Numbered from the stretch's first letter, positions 8,958-17,763 are shown. The stretch: 64,000 bases of DNA from Vulcanimicrobiota bacterium (GCA_050250895.1 JBFWNU010000005.1:256001-320000); one strand, 5' to 3'. Notes: generated by a model from the letters alone, not told the origin. Made by a program: numbers and translations.

Positions 8958-9737
8958 CTACCTCTTCGTCATCATCAGACCGAGGCTATAGCCGAGTCCG
9001 ACCAGTAGGATGTAACCACCCGCCACCAGCAGGTAGATGTAGTATTGCTGCTGCCACACCACATAAGGAAAGAAGTAGAGCAGCGGCACCACCACCGCCA
9101 GCGACAACCAGCCGATCAGCACCAGCATGTTCGAGGCCGCCTCGGCGCTAGAGACGGTCATCTGGCGGTTGAAAAGCATGCGACCAAAAAGAGACCGTCC
9201 GAACCACAGGTAAATCAGGATGGCGGCGCACAGGGCGAAGGCCACGATGGCCATCCACTCCCAGTTGGCGTGCGGGGCCAGGCGATCGGTCTGGAGCTCT
9301 TCGCTGGGCGTCTGGTTGCCGGCCATCCAGGCCCCCTCGAGAAAGGGCGATTCGTATTTCTTGCCTTCTTCCTCCTCTACCAGTTTCAGACTGTAGCTGA
9401 TGGGATTGCGGCCAGCGTCGCTAAAGACCACGAACTGGACCTTGGCCACCCCGTCGCTGATGGGAAAGAGCAGGGGTTCGATGGGGTCACCCTTGGTGGG
9501 GTACTCTACTCCCGACGAACTCAAGACCTCGTAAGCGTCAAGTTTGGCTTGCTGGTCATCGCCCGTCAGCAGACGGACCGCCACCCAGGCTTTGCCGTTT
9601 TCTACCAAATAGGGGCGCTCGAAGTTGTCTTTGACGCGAAATTCGGTGGTCTCGAGAGTAAATTCGGCATCTTGCGCCCAAGCCAGGCCCGGAAGCAACA
9701 GGTAGAGGACCAACAAAAGACAGAATGGCGCTCTCAC
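8958..9737 (-). CDS. Membrane protein: signal peptide, extracytoplasmic beta domain, three C-terminal TM helices
   Basis: GTG start giving VRAPFCLLLVLYLLLPGLAWA-Q; three hydrophobic segments; stop lies 1 nt before the tubulin-like ATG. Confidence 0.75.
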   Translation of the reverse strand: MRAPFCLLLVLYLLLPGLAWAQDAEFTLETTEFRVKDNFERPYLVENGKAWVAVRLLTGDDQQAKLDAYEVLSSSGVEYPTKGDPIEPLLFPISDGVAKVQFVVFSDAGRNPISYSLKLVEEEEGKKYESPFLEGAWMAGNQTPSEELQTDRLAPHANWEWMAIVAFALCAAILIYLWFGRSLFGRMLFNRQMTVSSAEAASNMLVLIGWLSLAVVVPLLYFFPYVVWQQQYYIYLLVAGGYILLVGLGYSLGLMMTKR

Positions 9738-9771
9738 GGCCGAACATTCCCTCCAGAGACTAGAACTTCCT

Positions 9772-10228
9772 TCAATCCCAGACCAGCTCTCCATAGCCCT
9801 CTTCGGCCATCTTCTCTTTGGGAATAAAGCGCAACGAGGCCGAGTTGATGCAGTAGCGCAGTCCGGTCGGGGCTGGACCGTCGGGAAAAACGTGGCCCAG
9901 GTGGGCGTCCGAGGTCTTGGAGCGCACCTCGGTGCGCACCATGCCGTGGCTGCGATCCACGATTTCGACAACTTCTTCGGCTTCGGCCGGCTGGGTGAAG
10001 CTGGGCCACCCCGTGCCCGAATCGAATTTGTGGCGAGACAGAAATAAGGGCTTTCCCGAGATGACATCCACATAAAAGCCCTTCGGCTTTATGGTTCCAA
10101 TAGGCGTTGTCAAACGGCCGCTCGGTGCCGTTCTCTTTGGTGATACGATACTGCTCGGGAGTCAGCAGGCGGCGGAGTTCTTCGTCACTCTCCGGCAACC
10201 CGCATCCCCCGCTGGAAGGTGTACTCAT
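9772..10228 (-). pseudogene. msrB: Peptide-methionine (R)-S-oxide reductase MsrB split by a +1 frameshift near 10075-10082 (sequencing error or pseudogene)
   Basis: N-half [18 protein letters not shown] in one frame; C-half [11 protein letters not shown]...[11 protein letters not shown]...[10 protein letters not shown]...RYCINS in another; junction GAAGGGCTTTTATGTG. Confidence 0.85.
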
Positions 10229-10253
10229 ATCGGGGTCGTTTCCCCCAGCCGGC

Positions 10254-11060
10254 TCAGGATCCTGTCGCCGAGTCCAGCAGAAACCTCTCCAGGGCGGCGG
10301 TCACACCATGCTCATAGAAGGACGGTGCCACCCAGTCGGCCGCCTGCTGCACGGCCGGGGTCGCCTGCCCCATGGCTACCGAGAGCCCCGCCAGGGCGAA
10401 CATCGGCAGGTCGTTGTCGTTGTCGCCGACCACCATGGTTTCGCCCGGCTCGATGGCTAGCAGCTCTAGCAGTTTGGCCAGACCGCTTCCTTTGTTGACG
10501 CCGGCGGCGGTGCCCTCGATGAGGCGGGCGTGGGTGCGCACCACCGCGATCTCAGGCTCCATCAGAAGCCTCAGCTGTGCTTCGATATCGGGCTCGTTGA
10601 CCACGATAAACTTGACCAGGGGCTCTCCTGCGAGCGCCCGGGACAGGTCGGGCCTGACCACTCTTCCCGCCCCGAACAGGTGGTCGTACACGGCGGCTGG
10701 CTCGGTCTCTTTGTTCTGCACGATCGTGTCGTGACTATAGGCGGCCACCACGTGGTGGCTTCGGTCAGCCCAGGCCAGGGCTGACCGAGCGGCCTCATCA
10801 GGGATGGTCTTTTGCCACACAACCCCTTGCGCGCCACCCACCACCGCTCCCTGACTGGTGACCAGCGGCAGGTCGATGCCCAGGGCCTGGGCGCGCGGAG
10901 CAGCGTATTCCAGCGTGCGACCGGTAGCCAGCGTGACTCCGATGCCGCGTTCGAGCACCCGAGCCACGGCCTTCACCACCGGCTCGGCGATGGGCACCTC
11001 TCGATCTGGATCGAGCACGGTACCGTCGAGATCCAGCACGCACAGGCGAATGGGTTTCAT
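10254..11060 (-). CDS. Cof-type HAD-IIB phosphatase
   Basis: DLDGT motif I, ATGR, NKG and GDNDND motifs; ATG at 11060. Confidence 0.92.
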   Translation of the reverse strand: MKPIRLCVLDLDGTVLDPDREVPIAEPVVKAVARVLERGIGVTLATGRTLEYAAPRAQALGIDLPLVTSQGAVVGGAQGVVWQKTIPDEAARSALAWADRSHHVVAAYSHDTIVQNKETEPAAVYDHLFGAGRVVRPDLSRALAGEPLVKFIVVNEPDIEAQLRLLMEPEIAVVRTHARLIEGTAAGVNKGSGLAKLLELLAIEPGETMVVGDNDNDLPMFALAGLSVAMGQATPAVQQAADWVAPSFYEHGVTAALERFLLDSATGS

Positions 11061-11118
11061 GGGCCCCTCTTTTCCAGCCCCTCCAGGGGGCCGCCTGCCG
11101 GCCAGAGAATGGCCGGCC

Positions 11119-12348
11119 ATGCGAATCTTCTGGCTTTGCCTGTTACTGCTCGCTCCGGCCTGGGCTCGCCCGGTGGTGCTCGTTTCCATTGACGGCTGCC
11201 GACCCGAATTCTACCAGAGCGACCAATTCCAGACTCCGACGCTGCATCGGCTGGCCGCCGAAGGCCGCTCGGCCGACAAGATGCTGTCGGTGTTTCCTAC
11301 TTTGACCTATCCCAACCACACCAGCATGATGACCGGAGTGCCCTCGGCCGTCCACGGGATCGAGAGCAACGTGGTCAACCTCATGAAGCCGGGTCGGGTC
11401 TATAATTGGGAGGCGAGCAAGGTGAAGGTTCCCACCCTCTACCATGTGGCCTACGATGCTGGTCTGCGAACAGCCCTGCTGGCCTGGCCCGTCACCGTGG
11501 GCGCCCAGGCTACCCTGCTGGCTCCCGAGATTTTCCATGTGCCCGGTTTTGTGGAAGAGTCGACCGCCGAACTCCTGGCCAGGCACAGCACGCCTGGCCT
11601 TCTTCAGCGCTTTGCCGTCGAAATGCCCACGGACTTTCCTGGCTGGGACGAGCAACTCACTCGGGTGGTGGTCCAGTTGCTCGCCGATCACGAGGTCGAC
11701 TTTCTGGCCGTGCACATCATCCAGGTCGACGAGGCTCAGCATCGCCACGGTCCTGACTCGCCCGAGGCGGCCGAAGCGATCGCTCGAGTCGACGGTCTCA
11801 TCGCCCGCATGGTGGCGGCCGACCCTGAGGCCACCTTCGTCATCGCCGGCGACCACGGTTTTCGCTCTTATCACAGCCTGCTCTTCCCCAACCAGATGCT
11901 CAAGTTGGCGGGAATCGAGGACTCTTATGTCCACGCCAGTGGCGGCAGTGGCGCGGTCTACACGGGGCGGGCCGACCTCGAGCAGTTCTTTGCCCAGCGG
12001 GCGGCCGGTCGTTACCGGATCTTGTCGAGGGCCGAACTCGACGAGCTAGCCGCCTTTCCGGGCGCGGCCTTCGGCCTGTTGGCCAACGACGGAGTGGCCT
12101 TCTCCTCGAACTTCGAAGACGACAAGACCATCGACCCGCCCCGAGGGCAGCATGGTCATCTGCCCATCGATGTGCCGACCGGACTGATCCTGTGGGGCAA
12201 AGAGTTTTCCCCGGGCCCGCTCGGCACGGTCGAAATCCTCGACCTGGCTCCCACCCTGGCTCATCTGCTGGGCATCAAGATGCCGGGGCTACTTGGGAAA
12301 GACCTGGTGCCAGAAGTTCTCGATGGGTCCGGTCAGCGCCTCAGGTAG
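11119..12348 (+). CDS. Secreted alkaline-phosphatase-superfamily nucleotide pyrophosphatase/phosphodiesterase
   Basis: Signal peptide; SIDG, PTLTYPNH, DEAQH, GDHG and GQHG motifs. Confidence 0.9.
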   Translation: MRIFWLCLLLLAPAWARPVVLVSIDGCRPEFYQSDQFQTPTLHRLAAEGRSADKMLSVFPTLTYPNHTSMMTGVPSAVHGIESNVVNLMKPGRVYNWEASKVKVPTLYHVAYDAGLRTALLAWPVTVGAQATLLAPEIFHVPGFVEESTAELLARHSTPGLLQRFAVEMPTDFPGWDEQLTRVVVQLLADHEVDFLAVHIIQVDEAQHRHGPDSPEAAEAIARVDGLIARMVAADPEATFVIAGDHGFRSYHSLLFPNQMLKLAGIEDSYVHASGGSGAVYTGRADLEQFFAQRAAGRYRILSRAELDELAAFPGAAFGLLANDGVAFSSNFEDDKTIDPPRGQHGHLPIDVPTGLILWGKEFSPGPLGTVEILDLAPTLAHLLGIKMPGLLGKDLVPEVLDGSGQRLR

Positions 12349-12624
12349 ATAGGGCCAGCCCACCGCCACGCCCAGAAAGATGGCCAGCCAGACGGCCGTG
12401 CTGATCAGCTTGCGCTGAAAGCGCCAGGCGGCCATCTCCTTCTCTTCTTCGGCCATCTTCTCGACCCGCACATTGGCGGCCAGCCGCTTCTGGTGGCACT
12501 CGACGCCGCAGAAATTGCCCTCTTCGCTGGGCAAGGTGCACTCGTCGCAGAGCGGTTTTAGACAGGCCGCGCAGCGGGCGGTGGCCAGACGTTCTTGGTG
12601 TTTGAGGCAATAAGATTCAGCCAT
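12289..12624 (-). CDS. B-box-like zinc-finger membrane protein
   Basis: CxxH..CxxC...CxxC...CxxxC, then a coiled coil and a C-terminal TM helix. Confidence 0.75.
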   Translation of the reverse strand: MAESYCLKHQERLATARCAACLKPLCDECTLPSEEGNFCGVECHQKRLAANVRVEKMAEEEKEMAAWRFQRKLISTAVWLAIFLGVAVGWPYLPEALTGPIENFWHQVFPK

Positions 12625-12676
12625 GATGGCATGATTCTGCACCTGTGGCCGGCGCCCTGGCGGGCTTCCCTTTCTA

Positions 12677-13024
12677 ATGCAGGAGTCATCGCCAAGATTG
12701 GCCGAACCTTTCCTGACCATGCAGCTCTTCGCCGCGGCCCTGTCGGCTATGTTCGGTTCGCTCCTCGCCACCCCGCTGGCCGAGCGAATTGACCAATGCC
12801 CGCACCGGCTGGCGGTGTGGCTGGGGGGGTTGGTTCCGGCGGGCGCTTTTCTGGCCTGGGGCCTGTGGAGAGACCCCTCTCCCCTGGCTGCCGTGCCCGC
12901 TCTGTTCGTGGGCGGAGGAGGGTTTCTCGGGGCTGGCTTGCTGGCTCATCGATCACCGGCCGTGACCGCTGGGGGGGCCGCCCTCGGGGCAGCCCTGGGG
13001 GCTTTCGCCTTCGCCAGGCTGTAA
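12677..13024 (+). CDS. Small multi-pass membrane protein
   Basis: Four hydrophobic Gly/Ala-rich segments; stop lies just before the TPR gene; start may be ATG 12719. Confidence 0.6.
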   Translation: MQESSPRLAEPFLTMQLFAAALSAMFGSLLATPLAERIDQCPHRLAVWLGGLVPAGAFLAWGLWRDPSPLAAVPALFVGGGGFLGAGLLAHRSPAVTAGGAALGAALGAFAFARL

Positions 13025-13032
13025 GGGGGTCC

Positions 13033-13794
13033 ATGCTCGTCGAACAGCAAGTGCAACAGGCCAACCTGCTGGCCTCGAAGGGTCAGTGGGACCAGGCGGT
13101 GGCCATCTATCAAGAGTTGCTGCGCCAGTACCCCTACAGCCTCGAGTTGCGCGAGCAGTTCATCATCGTGTCGTTTCGCAATGGCGACTACCACAGCGTC
13201 ATCCAGCAGTATCTCGATTGCGCCGAGATCTACTACACCGAGGGCGACTGGGAGAGCGCCATTCGCCGCTATGAAGAGACCCTGCGCCTGCCCGAGATCG
13301 TCGACGGCCAGCACGGGCCCGGGGCTGGCGACCCGGTGCGCGAGCTGGTCGACCAGGTTCGCCCCGACATCTACTATCAGTTCGGCGACTTTCACCTCGA
13401 TCGGGGCTATGCCGACCTGGCCCTGCAGTATCTCCAAAAAAGCGATCAGCTCTCGCCCGGCCGTTGGGAAACCCACATGGCCATGGGCCAGGCCCATCTG
13501 CTCAAAGGTCAGGACAAGGAAGCCATCCAGGCTTTTCACCAGGTGCTGCAACTGGCTCCCGAAGAGGCGGCCGTGGCCCTCGAGCTACTGGGAGAGGTCT
13601 TTTTGCGCCAACGTCGCCCCATCGATAACCTGCGCGAGTGGTTCTATCGCTCGGCCGACGCCTATTACAAGAAAGGCGCCGTCCGCGACGCCATCCGCAT
13701 TTGCAACCGTATCCTGGATTTCGACCCCGACAACAACACGGTCAAGCAGAAACTACAGCACCTGATCGCCCTGGAACGTCCCACCCGTTCATAA
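13033..13794 (+). CDS. Tetratricopeptide repeat protein
   Basis: Repeated TPR patterns (GQWDQAVAIYQELL, GDWESAIRRYEETL, GQDKEAIQAFHQVLQLAP). Confidence 0.85.
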   Translation: MLVEQQVQQANLLASKGQWDQAVAIYQELLRQYPYSLELREQFIIVSFRNGDYHSVIQQYLDCAEIYYTEGDWESAIRRYEETLRLPEIVDGQHGPGAGDPVRELVDQVRPDIYYQFGDFHLDRGYADLALQYLQKSDQLSPGRWETHMAMGQAHLLKGQDKEAIQAFHQVLQLAPEEAAVALELLGEVFLRQRRPIDNLREWFYRSADAYYKKGAVRDAIRICNRILDFDPDNNTVKQKLQHLIALERPTRS

Positions 13795-13892
13795 TTGCCC
13801 CGGCAAATCGTCGGTTCGGCGTCGGCGGGTCTCCTAAGCTATTAGTGAGCGCATCTCAAACGCTCGCAACCTATCTTGCGAAGGAGACCATC

Positions 13893-14270
13893 ATGCATAT
13901 CCCTGCAGGCGGGAAAAGCCTTACCATAGCCCGGCGAAACTTTGCTGCCGACCTTCCCGACGAGTTTGCCAACCTCGAAGTCGAGCCCAAGACAGCGGAA
14001 ATCAGTATCGAAGACCGGGCCAGCTTCAAAGTGCACCTTCATTACGACCAGCTGGTGGCCCGACCCCAGTTTTTTCGAGCCATGCAGGTCGAGGTTCCCG
14101 AGGTCGAGCCAGACGTCCGAGTCGAGGCCGAAATCGGACTGCCCTACAATCAGGGAACGGCCCGCCAGCCGCTCATGTCGGTTCCGGTTTTGCTCAACTG
14201 GAACGGCGGCAACTGGCATCGCGGCGAGGCCTACATTCTGCGGGCCGACGGAGCGACCGAACGGGTCTAG
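13893..14270 (+). CDS. Hypothetical protein
   Basis: AAGGAG RBS 6 nt before ATG; protein-like composition. Confidence 0.65.
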   Translation: MHIPAGGKSLTIARRNFAADLPDEFANLEVEPKTAEISIEDRASFKVHLHYDQLVARPQFFRAMQVEVPEVEPDVRVEAEIGLPYNQGTARQPLMSVPVLLNWNGGNWHRGEAYILRADGATERV

Positions 14271-16231
14271 TGGCCGCTGAGGATCTCTTCGGGCAGCTGG
14301 CTCATCCATTTTTCACGCAGGGCCAGCTGCTCGGAGGTGGGGTTGGGCACTTCTTCCACGGTCAGCTTGTTGGCCGCTCCCACCGGCACCACGATTGTCT
14401 TGGTGCGGGACGAGCCGTCAAAGACCGAGGTCTCTTCAAACCGAAAGACCATCGCCTCGACCTCCCGAATGTCTCTCGGGGCCTTGAGGTCGACCTCGCC
14501 CTGAGGACCGCGCAACAAGACCTGCTCGGGCTTCTTGCCCTCAAACCATTTTAGTCCGGCATCAAAAGCCGGGCCATCGTCGCGAACCCGGCTCAAGGTC
14601 AGATCCTGATCCAGAGTCAGGCCCAGGGCGGGGAAGGGGAGGGGAAAGGACTTCTCCTCGGCGCTAACCCTGGGGTCGGCCTCGAGATAGGGCGCTCCGT
14701 GGTTGTCGCTTCGCAGCCGGGCACCCGGCAAATTCAGCAAGCCAGGACGCCAGTCGTCACTACGCTCGACCACCTGATAGCCGGCGTGACCCAGATATTG
14801 GCTCAGGTCGATGCGCTGGCGGTCGACCAGGTGGTCGGCGAAAAAGCGGTCGACCCAGGCGCGTCCACCCTGGTGGGGCGCGGCCACATCGCCCACCAGG
14901 CGCTGCATGTCCTCGAGCGAGTGGTAGTTGCCCGAGCCGCCGAACTCTCTCTTGAGGTTGCGCAGCACGTCGAGCATCCCGACCTCGTTGTTCGACCGCT
15001 GGCGCAGCTCGAGATCGAGGGCCAGGGCCACCAGACTGCCCTTATTGTAGTATTTGATGTTGCCAAGGTGGGCTTCCAGGCTGTCGTCGCGCGGGTTGCT
15101 GGGATTTTGGGCATAGTCTTGATAGTAGGTTTCGATCGCGCCTTCCCAGCGTTTCATATATTGCTCGGGCGAGATCAAGCCGCTCTGGCGTTCGAGCAGA
15201 TAGCCCACCCAGTTGGTCACGCCCTCGGTGACCCACAGCCCGTCGGTGGGCCGGTTCTGGGACAGGTCGGCGGCGTCGATCCCCTCGTGCTGGACGTACT
15301 TGGCCAGCAGCTTGTGGGTGACCTCGTGGGCCATCGTGTAGTTTTCGTTCATGCGGGCGCTGCCGTCGAACGACCCGGCGATATAGCTCTCGTTGTCGAC
15401 ATGGCGGATCAGCTCGTGACCGCGGAAGTGCTCGAAGCCGTCGCTCTTGTCGGGCCCGCCGTGCAGGTAGTGCTTGTGGATGACGTAGTTGTCGCAGCCG
15501 CAGACCCCGGCCGGACGGGCGCCGTCGATCTCGAAGCGCTGGCTGGGAAACTCGCCGAAGTTGTGCAGAAAGGCGCGATAGATGCGGGCGAAATCGTGGG
15601 CGTTCTCAGCCGGAGTAGCCCCCGGCGACGGCAGGTTCTTGTAAGGGCCGGTGCCCTTTTGGGTGACGATGATGCTGGTGTCGCCAACCTTCTCGCGGGC
15701 CTCGTCGAAGTGGCCCAGCATCACGTTGTCGTCGGCCAGGTCGGCATAGCTGGCGGCGTAGAAGGTGTGCTCGGCCCCTTCGACCCGCGGCAGGGTCGAA
15801 CTCGACTTCCAGTCGGCGCCGGGAAGATTCTCGAAGCTGAGGGTGGCCGGAGTATCGCTCTCGTGGCCGCGCACGCACATCAGCGTGGCCGGCCCGTTGA
15901 GATAGGCGTGCTCGTCGGTGAGTTGAGCCCCCACATCCGAGAACTCCTCGGCCCGGATGGTGTAGTGAACCGTGACCGGCCCCTTCGCCTCGACCTTACA
16001 GCCTTTGCCGGTGCGCTGGTAGGGCATATTCTCGCCAGCGGCGTCGGTGAAGCGCAGGTGCAGCAGATCCGCCGGATGGCCCTGGCTAGCGACGGATGAA
16101 CCCGGAGAAAACTGGGGAAGATAGACCTCGAGGGGCCCCTGGTCGGGCAGGTCGACTTTCATCTCGACCCCCACGCGGCGGCGCCGGGTGTCGGACATGT
16201 CGCAGCGATAGGAGATGGGCGTGGGCTGCAT
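14267..16231 (-). CDS. M61-family (glycyl aminopeptidase-like) zinc metallopeptidase with PDZ-like C-terminus
   Basis: GFEH, HEVTH, LWVTEGVT and YYNKG motifs; no signal peptide; -10 TAAACT 6 nt before ATG (leaderless). Confidence 0.85.
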   Translation of the reverse strand: MQPTPISYRCDMSDTRRRRVGVEMKVDLPDQGPLEVYLPQFSPGSSVASQGHPADLLHLRFTDAAGENMPYQRTGKGCKVEAKGPVTVHYTIRAEEFSDVGAQLTDEHAYLNGPATLMCVRGHESDTPATLSFENLPGADWKSSSTLPRVEGAEHTFYAASYADLADDNVMLGHFDEAREKVGDTSIIVTQKGTGPYKNLPSPGATPAENAHDFARIYRAFLHNFGEFPSQRFEIDGARPAGVCGCDNYVIHKHYLHGGPDKSDGFEHFRGHELIRHVDNESYIAGSFDGSARMNENYTMAHEVTHKLLAKYVQHEGIDAADLSQNRPTDGLWVTEGVTNWVGYLLERQSGLISPEQYMKRWEGAIETYYQDYAQNPSNPRDDSLEAHLGNIKYYNKGSLVALALDLELRQRSNNEVGMLDVLRNLKREFGGSGNYHSLEDMQRLVGDVAAPHQGGRAWVDRFFADHLVDRQRIDLSQYLGHAGYQVVERSDDWRPGLLNLPGARLRSDNHGAPYLEADPRVSAEEKSFPLPFPALGLTLDQDLTLSRVRDDGPAFDAGLKWFEGKKPEQVLLRGPQGEVDLKAPRDIREVEAMVFRFEETSVFDGSSRTKTIVVPVGAANKLTVEEVPNPTSEQLALREKWMSQLPEEILSGH

Positions 16232-16302
16232 GCCCTCAGTTTAGGCCCTGGTGCTGAAAAAAACCTGGAGGCAGGGCCGCCCGGTGCCGCGAAAAAGTCA
16301 GC

Positions 16303-16692
16303 GTGGACAGCGTGGTCAACATATTGCGCGAAGCAGGAGCCGCTACCGCTTATCTTTTCGGCTCGCGCGCTCGGGGCGACGAGCATCCCGGCAGCGATTA
16401 CGACATCGCCGTTCTCTTGAAAGACCCGGGTGATGCTGTGGCCACGTTTGAGCTGCAGACCGAGTTGGTGCTCAGCCTTTCGAAGCTGCTGGGGGGGTCG
16501 GTCGATGTGGTGATGTTGCACCAGGCAGGTCCGACTCTTCGCTTCGAGGCGGTCTGGCGAGGCCAATGCCTGTTCGCTCCCGACGAGCAATCCAGGATCG
16601 ACTATGAACTAAAGACCCGCCGCGAGTTCGAGGACTATGCCCAGATTCAGTCCTTCTACACCCAGGCGATGAAAGAGCGTCTGGCCCGATGA
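16303..16692 (+). CDS. Minimal nucleotidyltransferase (MNT/MntA-like antitoxin)
   Basis: AYLFGSRARG...SDYDIAV...VDVV pol-beta NTase motif; 129 aa. Confidence 0.9.
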   Translation: MDSVVNILREAGAATAYLFGSRARGDEHPGSDYDIAVLLKDPGDAVATFELQTELVLSLSKLLGGSVDVVMLHQAGPTLRFEAVWRGQCLFAPDEQSRIDYELKTRREFEDYAQIQSFYTQAMKERLAR

Positions 16693-16804
16693 ACGGCCCA
16701 TTGAGCGAAGAACTGCTGGAGGAAATGGAGCGAAACGTCGGCCGGCTACGCGAAATGCAGGAAGTCAGCCGGGAGGAATTCGCTGGTGATCCTCACCACC
16801 GGCC
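16689..16804 (+). pseudogene. Truncated HEPN (DUF86/HepT-like) toxin, N-terminal fragment
   Basis: ATGA overlap with the MNT gene; LEEMERNVGRLREMQEVSREEFAGDP resembles DUF86 N-termini; sequence then runs into repeats. Confidence 0.6.
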
Positions 16805-16966
16805 GTGGGCGATCGTTGGGCTTGGCCAGACCGCCGGCCGTGGCCCCAGCCGGAGTGGGCGAAATCCCCCAGCCGGGGTGGGCGATCGCTGGCCTTGGCC
16901 AGACCGCCGGCCGTGGCCCCACGGAGTGGGGTCTCGCTGGCCTCGGCCAACGAGACCCCGGCCCAC
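16805..16966. repeat. REP/BIME-like cluster: two 44-bp copies (16805-16848, 16878-16921) plus a palindromic third unit
   Basis: GTGGGCGATCGyTGGsCTTGGCCAGACCGCCGGCCGTGGCCCCA x2 (2 mismatches); third unit GGGGTCTCG-CTGGCC-TC-GGCCAA-CGAGACCCC forms a hairpin. Confidence 0.75.
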
Positions 16967-16972
16967 CGGCTG

Positions 16973-17015
16973 TTTACATCCCGTTCAAGCCAGGGCCCTC
17001 GGCGAGGGCTACAAT
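16973..17015 (+). promoter_or_regulatory. TTTACA-N5-TTCAAG-N20-TACAAT promoter element
   Basis: Same spacing as the other motif instances in the window. Confidence 0.55.
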
Positions 17016-17058
17016 CTACCCGGCCGCCCTCACTCACAATCTAGCGCAGGAGCCTATT

Positions 17059-17763
17059 GTGAAGATTTCAAACCCGAGTTGCTACGCTCCCCCGGCTTAC
17101 GCCAACTACTATCCGTCCCTTTCCGGTGCCTCCGCAGCCCTGCCGAAACAGCCCGGCGCCGGCCCCACCGTAAGAGACCTCGAGGCCTCGGTGGCCACCT
17201 TCGTGAGTAAACTCGATGGCGGCCAGGACACCACCGGTCTTCATCCGTTTTGCGACAACGTCGGAGCAGCCAGCGCCAAGGTGTGTTCCGAGACGATGGC
17301 CAGGGTGAGCCACTCGCTTCAGGACTGTTTCGAAAGCCAGAATACCGTCGGCGGGCACAAGTTGTTGAGCGCTTCCGACATCGGCGATACTTTGCGCCGC
17401 CATGCCGACAATTTTGATAAAACCAGCCAGCAGGCCAGCGCCGAGTATGCTGCCTTGCGCCCTCGAGTGCGCAATTTCTGGTGGACTGTTTTCGGGGCAT
17501 CGGCGCTCGCCACGGCGGCTGGCCTGTCCATGATGGTGCCGGGACCGACCTCGGTCCAGCCGGCTGCTGCGATGTTGTTGGGTTGTGGTGGCATGATGAC
17601 CGCCATCTACACCAGCATGAAACTGATGGATTCAGAATTTCTCAACGACGATCTCAACCGCTTGAGCGACCGGGCCGACAGCTACAAGTCCGAGGCTGAG
17701 GCGGCGCGCCATTGCGCCCAGGTGGCCGACGCCTGGAGCGGGTTTTTGGCCAACAAGCCCTAA
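17059..17763 (+). CDS. Hypothetical protein with bilobed hydrophobic hairpin between helical segments
   Basis: GCAGGAG RBS before GTG; S/P/Y-rich N-terminus; two adjacent hydrophobic segments joined by VPGP. Confidence 0.7.
   Translation: MKISNPSCYAPPAYANYYPSLSGASAALPKQPGAGPTVRDLEASVATFVSKLDGGQDTTGLHPFCDNVGAASAKVCSETMARVSHSLQDCFESQNTVGGHKLLSASDIGDTLRRHADNFDKTSQQASAEYAALRPRVRNFWWTVFGASALATAAGLSMMVPGPTSVQPAAAMLLGCGGMMTAIYTSMKLMDSEFLNDDLNRLSDRADSYKSEAEAARHCAQVADAWSGFLANKP

Noticed and set aside
8958-10073. 371-aa version of the membrane protein
   Set aside because: The extension overlaps msrB out of frame; the signal peptide starts at GTG 9737
9772-10228. Selenoprotein or programmed recoding in msrB
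   Set aside because: The catalytic residue is Cys, and the break is a frame change with no canonical slippery heptamer
16805-16966. Possible CRISPR array
   Set aside because: Only two full copies, the linker reuses repeat sequence rather than being a unique spacer, and there are no cas genes
16689-17210. 173-aa ORF, and the 16786 start for the next gene
   Set aside because: Both frames run through the repeat cluster; the RBS and promoter support GTG 17059
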